NCBI GenBank assembly: GCA_044356455.1
Contig: JBIKWF010000075.1
Span: 1 to 21,100 of the forward strand
From: Bdellovibrionota bacterium
GTDB lineage: Bacteria; Bdellovibrionota_C; UBA2361; JBGSMV01
Direction of reading: 5' to 3'
DNA length: 21,100 bases
The notes under the pieces were generated by a model. It ran no database searches and was not told where the DNA came from. It saw nothing but the letters and a program-made list of their open reading frames with translations. A program made the position numbers and the translations under genes. Position 1 is the stretch's first letter, and every line of letters begins with the position of its first letter. This document shows positions 9,151 through 16,305 of the stretch, piece after piece.

Positions 9151-11742
9151 CTAGCGAGTACTATTGGCGGAGTTAAACAAGAAGTCCTGAGAAATATCGC
9201 CCAGGCCAGCGAATGTAAAGCTCACCATAAAAGAGCGCCTATCGGGGTTTATAAGGTCGCTCAGCCCTAAATCGACATGCCAGCAATTACAGCCCCCACC
9301 CATCCGCACACCGGCTCTCTGCTCAATCATCTCAGAGTTTCTGTCATCAAAACGGGCATAATAGGCGGCTTTCATCTTATCGGTTAACACCACCTCAAGG
9401 TTGCCCTCTACTTGGCTCACCGCTTCTCGCACATAGGAGACCCGCGTTCTGAGGGAGTCTCCGCGATCTGACTTTACACTTCCCATCATATTCCACGAGG
9501 TAAGCTGATTATCCTCGTAGTCGTAGTTCGTGCCGAAAGAAACCCCGAGGTAGGAACTAGGATACAACCCAAGATCAAGTGCGACATCGGAGAACTCGTC
9601 CCGATTGGGGTCGAAATCTTTTGTCTTCTCAAAGTAATCGTAATTCTGGCGAATGCTCAAGGTCGCCAATTTGCGAATTTCGCCTTTTCGTAAGCTCACA
9701 TTCCCAAAGCCATCGTCCAGCCCTCCGAGACCTATATCGTCAAGAGGTCTATCGATATCTGCCCCCTGCAAGTCTTGCACGCGTGGAGAGAGCTCGGGAA
9801 TTTCATCAGAGGTCACTTCTGTCGGGACAAAGCGACCAAGCAGCGTCGTGCTTACCCCATAGGTAAAGGAACTCTTGGCACGAATTCGATCAAAAGAATC
9901 AAAGAGAGGCAAAGAATCCTGGCTCGTATCGGGGATGTAATTGTAGCTCACGAAAGGGTCCACCGTGTGCTTGACCCTGGCGAGTACAAGATTATCATTT
10001 GCTTTGCCGAGAGCTGCCATCGTGGTGAGAAGACTTTCTCGCTCCAACTCAAAAACTTTTTCAACTCCCGTAGTCATCGTATAGTTGAATGAGGGAACCG
10101 TGCGATCCTGGCTAGAATCAAGCTCCGTATCGGTACCAGGCACATTCGTATTGTTGAGATGATAGTACGTCTGATTAAGTCCAACCGTAGCTGCGCTCTG
10201 GAAATAGTTCTGGAAGTGGAACGGAATTGACACGGATGGAGCCACGTCAGTTCTCACGCCATCGTATCCCTCCTGCCGCACAAAATCCGTGGCTGTCAGC
10301 CCAGCCTTTGTCACAAGCTTCAGGCCAAAAGGATTAGAGCCAAAAGGCCGAAAAGTCTTACCCACCTGTGCTTTGGCTTCAGGGAGTCTCTGAAGTACGC
10401 GGTCATCATCGATTTCAAAAGACTGATTGTACTCTCCCTTAAGGGTGAGAGAGCCTATATCTCCAAGTGCAAATCCACCCGTAAGAACAGAAGTAGTATA
10501 TCGCGATTGGCGAGCTCCAATCTCAGGGTCTTCAAGCTCCCGCAGGAACAAATCGTCGCTCACCAAATGCAGATCAGCGACGAAAGTGGCATCAATTGGA
10601 CTGTCGGAAGAAGTCCGGTACTCCTGAGAGTAAAATCCACCTGCCCGGTTGCGATCCCATGGGGTTGGGTCATTTACCGCTTCAAAGAGACCGGCTGTCT
10701 CTGTCCCTTTCAGATCGTCTCCTCGCGCGGATTCATTTGAATAAATCCATCGCGTACGCAGCTTGCTCTGGCGTGAGAACGTCTTGCGAAACTCTAGTCC
10801 CGTACCAATCCTTGTTTCCGTCTCCACAAAAGGACTCACAGTGAAATCAGTACTGTCATCGACGACAAGGAAGAAAGGGAGCTTCATTACAAACCCATGC
10901 TCGGAGCTTATCCCTGCAGAAGGAGCAAGCAGACCAGAAGCGCGTTCAGTTTTGGCGGGGAAGCCAAAGTAAGGTGTATAAAAAACTGGGACACCGAACA
11001 TATCGAGGGACGTATCGTAGGCATGCGCGTAGCCCTCTTTCGTAATTGAGCAGCTGCCGGTGTTTATACGCCAGGGCACATACCCGTCGGCACTTGAGCC
11101 GTCGTTACAGTTACACGTTGTAAATGCCCCCTCCTCAAGGGAGTATTCATCTTCCGAAAGCCTCTTCATGGAGTCGGCGCTCACCCGAAAGCCTTCCTCT
11201 TCAAGCGTAAATTTCGCCTTTGAGAACTCACCCTTTTCGCCCTCGACGTCGAGCGTGGCTGATTCAGCCGAGATTCGCCCCTTATTATCAGAGACAATTA
11301 CCTTGCCGGTGACGGTAGCTTCCTTGGAGGTTAGATCGAGCTGACCCGAGTCCGCCTGCACTTGAATTCCATCCCCGGAAATAAGCACTCCGCCCGACCC
11401 TTTAACCGTGTTCGCCTCTTTATCAAACTCTACTGACGGCGCGTTAAAATCGACTTCCTTCCCGCTTCCTTGCTCTGCGGCAGTGGCGGCTGCCACCTCT
11501 GCGGTTCTCTTCTTTTTGCTGTCTCTTGAATCGTCAGAAAAAAGCGGTTCTGGATTCGGAAGATCTATTGTCTGCTGAGAGGTAATAGACTGCGCGAAGG
11601 AGTAGTGCGGCGCTGCAAGCATGACTGCGGCGATCACTACAGGCGCGATGGGATGCGCAGCAAAACCGCCAAACACCCCCCCTACCGCAAGCACGCTCAA
11701 AATTCGCGAGCCTTCTTTATTTGAGAAGAAAGATTTTTTCAC
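9151..11742 (-). CDS. lptD: LPS-assembly outer-membrane protein LptD
   Basis: 863 aa with signal-peptide-like N-terminus, OstA-like beta-jellyroll, FTTC..PW motif, GVPVFYTPYFGFP..ERASGLLAP, amphipathic beta-strands and C-terminal CW...FTFAGLG. SD-like AGGAG upstream of the GTG start. Confidence 0.9.
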   Translation of the reverse strand: MKKSFFSNKEGSRILSVLAVGGVFGGFAAHPIAPVVIAAVMLAAPHYSFAQSITSQQTIDLPNPEPLFSDDSRDSKKKRTAEVAAATAAEQGSGKEVDFNAPSVEFDKEANTVKGSGGVLISGDGIQVQADSGQLDLTSKEATVTGKVIVSDNKGRISAESATLDVEGEKGEFSKAKFTLEEEGFRVSADSMKRLSEDEYSLEEGAFTTCNCNDGSSADGYVPWRINTGSCSITKEGYAHAYDTSLDMFGVPVFYTPYFGFPAKTERASGLLAPSAGISSEHGFVMKLPFFLVVDDSTDFTVSPFVETETRIGTGLEFRKTFSRQSKLRTRWIYSNESARGDDLKGTETAGLFEAVNDPTPWDRNRAGGFYSQEYRTSSDSPIDATFVADLHLVSDDLFLRELEDPEIGARQSRYTTSVLTGGFALGDIGSLTLKGEYNQSFEIDDDRVLQRLPEAKAQVGKTFRPFGSNPFGLKLVTKAGLTATDFVRQEGYDGVRTDVAPSVSIPFHFQNYFQSAATVGLNQTYYHLNNTNVPGTDTELDSSQDRTVPSFNYTMTTGVEKVFELERESLLTTMAALGKANDNLVLARVKHTVDPFVSYNYIPDTSQDSLPLFDSFDRIRAKSSFTYGVSTTLLGRFVPTEVTSDEIPELSPRVQDLQGADIDRPLDDIGLGGLDDGFGNVSLRKGEIRKLATLSIRQNYDYFEKTKDFDPNRDEFSDVALDLGLYPSSYLGVSFGTNYDYEDNQLTSWNMMGSVKSDRGDSLRTRVSYVREAVSQVEGNLEVVLTDKMKAAYYARFDDRNSEMIEQRAGVRMGGGCNCWHVDLGLSDLINPDRRSFMVSFTFAGLGDISQDFLFNSANSTR

Positions 11743-12040
11743 CCTTCGCTAACTCCTATCGAGTACCGACCCCGAGGCTTACTTTCGAGAACTGCCGAGG
11801 TGCCCACCAAGGAGGAAGCATGCCAGGGGCGCCCCCGCGAGCTCCTCCCTTTAAGGCCAACGTAGCCCACGGGATTCATATCACCGGAAGTATTGTTCAG
11901 CCTAAGGCCCGAGAACAGCCCCTGTTTTACGCAATCTGGACAGTCTTTTAGGTTCCAAAGAGCCCGAGCACGGCGGTAGGCTCAAGCACCAGGGCATGCT
12001 CAAGCCCCACGTAAGCCGCAAGTACCGTGGTGGACTGCGG

Positions 12041-12168
12041 TGACGCTCTGAAAAACCTCCATTCTTCATACACCTCTGTGTACCTTCGTGTCCTGTGGTG
12101 AGTCCCTTGATGAAAATTTCGCCACAGAGGACGCAGAGGTACACAGAGGTAAGGTTTTCAGAGGTTCC
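12041..12168. mobile_element. IS5-like MITE, copy A (left end degenerate), about 128 bp
   Basis: Right end TTTTCAGAGGTTCC followed by TTAG (12169-12172, includes the accD stop), identical to the right end of the element at 15452-15582. Left end tGAcgCTCTGAAAAACC. Internal inverted repeat ACCTCTGTGTACCT (12072-12085) / AGGTACACAGAGGT (12137-12150). Confidence 0.65.
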
Positions 12169-13032
12169 TTAGGCGCCAAATCCAAAATTTCTAAGGATAA
12201 GGGCGATCTCTTCTTTCATGGTCGCACGCTCTACAATCCTATCAACCATGCCGTGCTCAAGCAGAAACTCAGAGCGCTGAAAGCCCTCAGGAAGCTTTTG
12301 ACGAATAGTTTGCTCAATAACGCGAGGCCCTGCGAAACCTATTAAGGCCTTGGGCTCAGCAAGAATAACATCCCCGAGCATCGCAAAAGAGGCTGCCACG
12401 CCTCCCGTGGTTGGATCGGTGAGAACTGAAATATAAGGAATGTGCGCCTCCCCAAGACGCGCCAACGCGGCACTCACCTTGGCCATCTGCATTAGGGAAA
12501 AGATACCTTCTTGCATGCGGGCGCCGCCCGAGGCTGAAACGATGATGGCAGGTCGCCTTTCATCTCTGGCAACCTCAACCATGCGCGCAAGCTTTTCACC
12601 CACGACGGAGCCCATGCTCCCTCCCAAGAAGGAGAACTCAAAGACTCCTAAGGCGATTGGAATATTGAGCATGCGCGCGCGCCCGGTAATAACCGCTTCT
12701 ACGGAACCGCTGGATTTTTCTGCCTTCTTGAGGCGCTCTTTGTATTTCTTTGTATCGCGAAAGTTCAGAGGATCCGTGCTTCTAAGCTGCGCATCCATTT
12801 CGATAAAGGAGTGGCGGTCCGTGAGAAGAGGAATGCGCTGCTGCGCGCCAAGGCGAAAATGATAGTTGCACTTCGCGCAAACCCCGAAGGTGCGGCGCAG
12901 CTCTTTGGTGTAAAGAATCGCGCTACAACCTGGGCACTTCGTCCAGATATCATCGGGCAGCTGCAGGCGATCGGCTGCATCTTCTTCGACTGGGGCCGAT
13001 GTCGGCGCCTTTGCTCTGCTAAACCAACCCAT
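12169..13032 (-). CDS. accD: Acetyl-CoA carboxylase carboxyltransferase beta subunit
   Basis: Zn ribbon WTKCPGC...CAKC, GGSMGSVVGEK, SGGARMQEG, DPTTGGVAASFAMLGD, GFAGPRVIEQT, FQRSEFLLEHGMVD. Confidence 0.98.
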   Translation of the reverse strand: MGWFSRAKAPTSAPVEEDAADRLQLPDDIWTKCPGCSAILYTKELRRTFGVCAKCNYHFRLGAQQRIPLLTDRHSFIEMDAQLRSTDPLNFRDTKKYKERLKKAEKSSGSVEAVITGRARMLNIPIALGVFEFSFLGGSMGSVVGEKLARMVEVARDERRPAIIVSASGGARMQEGIFSLMQMAKVSAALARLGEAHIPYISVLTDPTTGGVAASFAMLGDVILAEPKALIGFAGPRVIEQTIRQKLPEGFQRSEFLLEHGMVDRIVERATMKEEIALILRNFGFGA

Positions 13033-13166
13033 ACGCTTATCGCCCTAATTGAAAACACGCGAACAAAATACTTCCGCTCAAACCACACCCATCCGCCGAG
13101 CTCGCAGAGGTAAGCCTACTAGCTCCTTGCGAATCCCCGGGGCTGTGCAAAAATGGAGGTAAAGTC

Positions 13167-13958
13167 ATGGCACAGCTCACGCATCTTGTACAGTATCTGG
13201 ACGGACTCCTCGAGACCGCAACCTATCGAGATTCCTCACTGAATGGCCTTCAAGTCGAGACGAGTTCGCGCGAAATAAGCCGCGCAGCCTTCGCCGTAGA
13301 CGCCGCCGAGTCGACCATTCGCAAGGCTGCGACCTTTGGGGCCAAACTTCTGGTGGTCCATCACGGCCTCTATTGGACCGGCGGCAAGGAGAGCACCGGA
13401 CCTCTCACCGGGGTCCTCGCAAGGCGGGTAGAGCTTCTCATGCAAAACGGAATCTCCCTTTACGTCTCGCACCTCCCCTTAGACGGCAATATGACCCTGG
13501 GGAACAACGTGGAGCTCGCTCGATATTTTGGAGCTGAGCGACTTGAGCCGTTCTGTGAATTCTCTGGCAGCTTCATTGGGTGCAAGGGGGTACTACTATC
13601 CCCTCGCCCCCTCGAAGAACTTGTGTCCCGAGGCAAAGAGCTCGTTAAGGGAACGCGCAGCGAAGCGAGCGGACTCCCCCTGCTGCTCGCCTTTGGCCCC
13701 AAGGTGGTGTCTTCCATTGGCTTTGTCAGCGGCTCAGGAAGCCTGGCACTTGGTCATGCCAAAGACGCGGGGCTCGATCTTCTCATCTCTGGGGAATCCA
13801 AACATGAGGCCTATCATAGCGCCCAAGAGCTCGGCCTTAATGCTCTGTTTTGTGGCCACTACCGCACAGAAACTTTTGGTGTTGCGGCCTTGCAACGACG
13901 GCTTGAAAAAGAGTTTAATCTCAGTACTCTCTTCATCGACGAAGATAGTGGAATTTAA
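13167..13958 (+). CDS. Nif3-like dinuclear metal-centre protein (YbgI/DUF34 family)
   Basis: D...NGLQVE, VVHHGLYW, SHLPLD...GNN, SGSG, GHYRTETFGV. SD GGAGGT upstream of the ATG. Confidence 0.93.
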   Translation: MAQLTHLVQYLDGLLETATYRDSSLNGLQVETSSREISRAAFAVDAAESTIRKAATFGAKLLVVHHGLYWTGGKESTGPLTGVLARRVELLMQNGISLYVSHLPLDGNMTLGNNVELARYFGAERLEPFCEFSGSFIGCKGVLLSPRPLEELVSRGKELVKGTRSEASGLPLLLAFGPKVVSSIGFVSGSGSLALGHAKDAGLDLLISGESKHEAYHSAQELGLNALFCGHYRTETFGVAALQRRLEKEFNLSTLFIDEDSGI

Positions 13959-14069
13959 CGGCCGTAGTTTACTGCTGTGAAGGTAAGGGCCATAAAACTG
14001 AGAGCCGTTAAATCATTGGTTGGCCGCATCGGTTCGTAGTGGCTCGTATTTTTATTAATTTGGATGGTT

Positions 14070-15245
14070 ATGCGTTTCCTCAAGGATCTTTCTCTCGAAG
14101 GTCGCCGGGTTCTCATTCGTGCTGATCTTAACGTGCCACTCGACGAGAAGCTTGAGATTACCGACGACAATAGAATTACCCAGTTTCTCCCTACCCTCAA
14201 AGCAGTCATGGAGCGCGGGGGGCGCCCCATAGTGATGTCGCACTTTGAAGATCCAGAAAAGCGCGATCCTAAATATTCACTCAAGCCCTGTGCTGACCGC
14301 ATTCGGAAACTTACAGGTTTTGATGTGCGCCTGGCCGATGACTGTGTGGGTACACAGGTTGAACAGATGTCCAAGAGCCTTGAGCCTGGTCAAGTATTGG
14401 TGCTTGAAAACCTGCGCTTTAATCCAGGCGAGAAACAAAACGATCCCGCGTTTTGCGAGCAGCTCGCAAAGCTTGGGGATGTTTTTGTAAATGACGCATT
14501 TGCCACTGCACATCGCAAGCATGCCTCCATGGTTGGCGTGCCTAAGCTCTTTAAGGAAAAGGGCGCAGGACTCCTCATGCAGCGCGAAATGGAGTTCTAC
14601 AACAAAGCCCTTGTTTCACCGAAACGCCCGCTCTGCGTGGTGCTCGGCGGCTCCAAAATCTCGACCAAGTTTAACGTACTCGTAAATCTGGCCCAGAAGG
14701 CGGATAAGCTCATCATCGGCGGCGCCATGGCGAATACGTTCCTTGCTGCCCAAGGCATGCAGGTCGGCCGTTCTCTCTTCGAACAAGAATATTTCGCTAA
14801 GGCGATTGAACTTCTTGGGCAACTCGCGAGACGTGACTGCAAAGTGTATTTGCCAGTTGACCTCGTCGTCGCGCCCTCACCTGCCGCCAAGGGCCTCGCA
14901 AGAACAGTCCCGGCGCAAGAAATCCCTGCGGATCAGATGGCCCTTGACATTGGCCCCGCGACAAGCCTTCTTTATAAATCCGCTCTTCAAAACGCAGAGA
15001 CCATCGTATGGAATGGTCCCATGGGCGTATTCGAGCAAGAAGAGTTCTCAAAGGGCACGACCGACATGATTGAGTCAGTCGCAAGCGCCCACGGCATGAA
15101 AGTCGTAGGCGGCGGAGACACTGATTCTGCTATCCACAAGATGGAGCTCGATCATAAGTTTGATTTTATCTCGACAGGTGGCGGAGCGTTCCTGGTGCTG
15201 CTTGAAGGTAAAGGACTGCCTGGATTTAGCGCTCTTGAGAGCTAG
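14070..15245 (+). CDS. pgk: Phosphoglycerate kinase with a non-canonical 3-PG-binding motif
   Basis: RADLNVP, DNRI, LENLRF, NDAF.TAHR.HAS, GGSK, GGAMANTF, DIGP, WNGPMGVFE, GGGDT, ISTGGGA. Start ATG 14070 or 14064. Canonical SHLGRP reads SHFEDP. Confidence 0.92.
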   Translation: MRFLKDLSLEGRRVLIRADLNVPLDEKLEITDDNRITQFLPTLKAVMERGGRPIVMSHFEDPEKRDPKYSLKPCADRIRKLTGFDVRLADDCVGTQVEQMSKSLEPGQVLVLENLRFNPGEKQNDPAFCEQLAKLGDVFVNDAFATAHRKHASMVGVPKLFKEKGAGLLMQREMEFYNKALVSPKRPLCVVLGGSKISTKFNVLVNLAQKADKLIIGGAMANTFLAAQGMQVGRSLFEQEYFAKAIELLGQLARRDCKVYLPVDLVVAPSPAAKGLARTVPAQEIPADQMALDIGPATSLLYKSALQNAETIVWNGPMGVFEQEEFSKGTTDMIESVASAHGMKVVGGGDTDSAIHKMELDHKFDFISTGGGAFLVLLEGKGLPGFSALES

Positions 15246-15247
15246 AG

Positions 15248-15430
15248 GTAGGGCGCCCTGTCCTCAGGGCGCCGCGTGCTCCGTCTTCGCTGATAGGCAA
15301 CGGCCCCACAATTCCCCCGCACCACCCCTTATTGCCGAACGATGCAGCTCTCAGGATTGGCTGAATAAGCGACGCCACACCTGCGCCAGATTGGAAGATC
15401 TTGCGGCACCCTGAGGACAGGGCGCCCTAC
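15248..15430. repeat. REPIN-like inverted doublet of GTAG-type REP sequences
   Basis: GTAG-GGCGCCCTG-TCCT-CAGGGCGCC-GC (15248-15275) and its inverse GCGGCACCCTGAGGACAGGGCGCCCTAC (15403-15430), 27/28 complementary. Begins 2 nt after the pgk stop. Confidence 0.85.
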
Positions 15431-15451
15431 CCATTCGCGCGGCATCCTTAG

Positions 15452-15582
15452 GGAACCTCTGAGAAGCCTCTTCTTTCCCTTCGCGTCCTTAGCGTCCTTC
15501 GCGTTATTTCGCAAAATATCGCGCACCCGCAATGCTTGGGTTTAACGCGAAGAACACGAAGGAGGACTTTTTCAGAGGTTCC
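15452..15582. mobile_element. IS5-like MITE, copy B, 131 bp, with TTAG target-site duplication
   Basis: TTAG (15448-15451), GGAACCTCTGAGAAG ... CTTTTTCAGAGGTTCC, TTAG (15583-15586). GGA-starting ends with 4-bp YTAR duplications are typical of the IS5 subgroup. No coding capacity. Confidence 0.85.
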
Positions 15583-15586
15583 TTAG

Positions 15587-15615
15587 GTAGGGCGCGCCGT
15601 CCCGGCGTGCCGAAT
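15587..15615 (+). repeat. Single GTAG-type REP
   Basis: GTAG-GGCGCGCCG-TCC-CGGCGTGCC-GAAT; differs from the copies at 20866 and 21031 by one loop C. Confidence 0.85.
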
Positions 15616-15713
15616 GATCTCGCAAGTCCCCCGCCCACTTTTGAACACCAAAGATTCATAAATTTTCTGAACTAACCCATCTCGGCACCCCGACCTCGCA
15701 TTTTTCTGCATAG

Positions 15714-15726
15714 AATCAACAACTTA
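15714..15726 (+). promoter_or_regulatory. Candidate IHF-binding site
   Basis: AATCAACAACTTA is an exact match to WATCAANNNNTTR, in an AT-richer intergenic region upstream of the flgM-like gene. Confidence 0.4.
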
Positions 15727-15755
15727 CTTGCCCGCATTTTTTTCGCCAAAAATGC

Positions 15756-15783
15756 TCAAGCTGTACGTTTTTGTACACGACAG
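15756..15783 (+). promoter_or_regulatory. Weak candidate sigma-28 (FliA) promoter
   Basis: TCAAGCTG-N12-CACGACAG versus consensus TAAAGTTT-N11-GCCGATAA. Supported mainly by position upstream of a flgM-like gene. Confidence 0.3.
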
Positions 15784-15837
15784 TAGTTCATAACTGGAGC
15801 AAACGAACTAATTCGCACCAATGCTCCCTTAAAACGT

Positions 15838-16059
15838 ATGGAAAGGTCTGGTATGCAAAGCTCTGCTATTTTGTCTGTTCTGCCCTTAGTTACCCCTCAA
15901 AGCGCCCCTACCTCTCACGAGGACTTCGTGCGCAGAGGAAAGGTTGAGCGCCTCAGAGCCATGATTGCGGCCGGGGAGTACCTGCCAAAGAGCGAAGATA
16001 TTGCTCGGTCATTGTTTGTCTCCCCTACCGTTATTAGAAGACGACTTCGGGTTCGATAG
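15838..16059 (+). CDS. flgM: Short FlgM-like anti-sigma-28 factor
   Basis: RRGKVERLRAMIAAGEYLPKSEDIARSL fits the FlgM C-terminal pattern R.EKV..LK..I..G.Y......IA..L. Alternative start ATG 15853 has GAAAGG upstream. Confidence 0.7.
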   Translation: MERSGMQSSAILSVLPLVTPQSAPTSHEDFVRRGKVERLRAMIAAGEYLPKSEDIARSLFVSPTVIRRRLRVR

Positions 16060-16143
16060 TCCATCGCCACCTGACGGATAACATCCCCGTTAGGGCGCAA
16101 GATTGTTCGGCGTAACTCTCTTCAATTACTTGGATCCTACTGG

Positions 16144-16232
16144 ACCACAAAGGACGCTAAGGACGCAAAGAAAGCCCCATAACAAATACCAATTTCAACG
16201 TGCTCCTTTGTGTCCCTTGCGTCCTTTGTGGT
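16144..16232. repeat. Inverted repeat of 3 x 9-nt units
   Basis: ACCACAAAG-GACGCTAAG-GACGCAAAG (16144-16170) and CTTTGTGTC-CCTTGCGTC-CTTTGTGGT (16206-16232); 24/27 complementary, 35-nt spacer. Confidence 0.85.
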
Positions 16233-16292
16233 GAGAATACTCGATGCCCCAGATTCCCCTTGTTCTCCCTGTCTTCACCAAGCTACCCGGTT

Positions 16293-16298
16293 TACAAT
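16293..16298 (+). promoter_or_regulatory. -10 box of a probable leaderless transcript
   Basis: TACAAT, then 7 nt, then ATG 16306; no convincing SD. Confidence 0.4.
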
Positions 16299-16305
16299 CA
16301 GGGCG

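Noticed and set aside
11924..11956. ECF/sigma-E-type promoter for lptD (GGAACC...CGTAAA on the minus strand)
   Set aside because: Spacer of about 19-20 nt is too long for an ECF promoter.
11972..11983. GGCGGTAG ops/JUMPStart-like motif near polysaccharide genes
   Set aside because: It is on the + strand while lptD and the sugar genes are on the - strand, and the downstream bases do not match ops.
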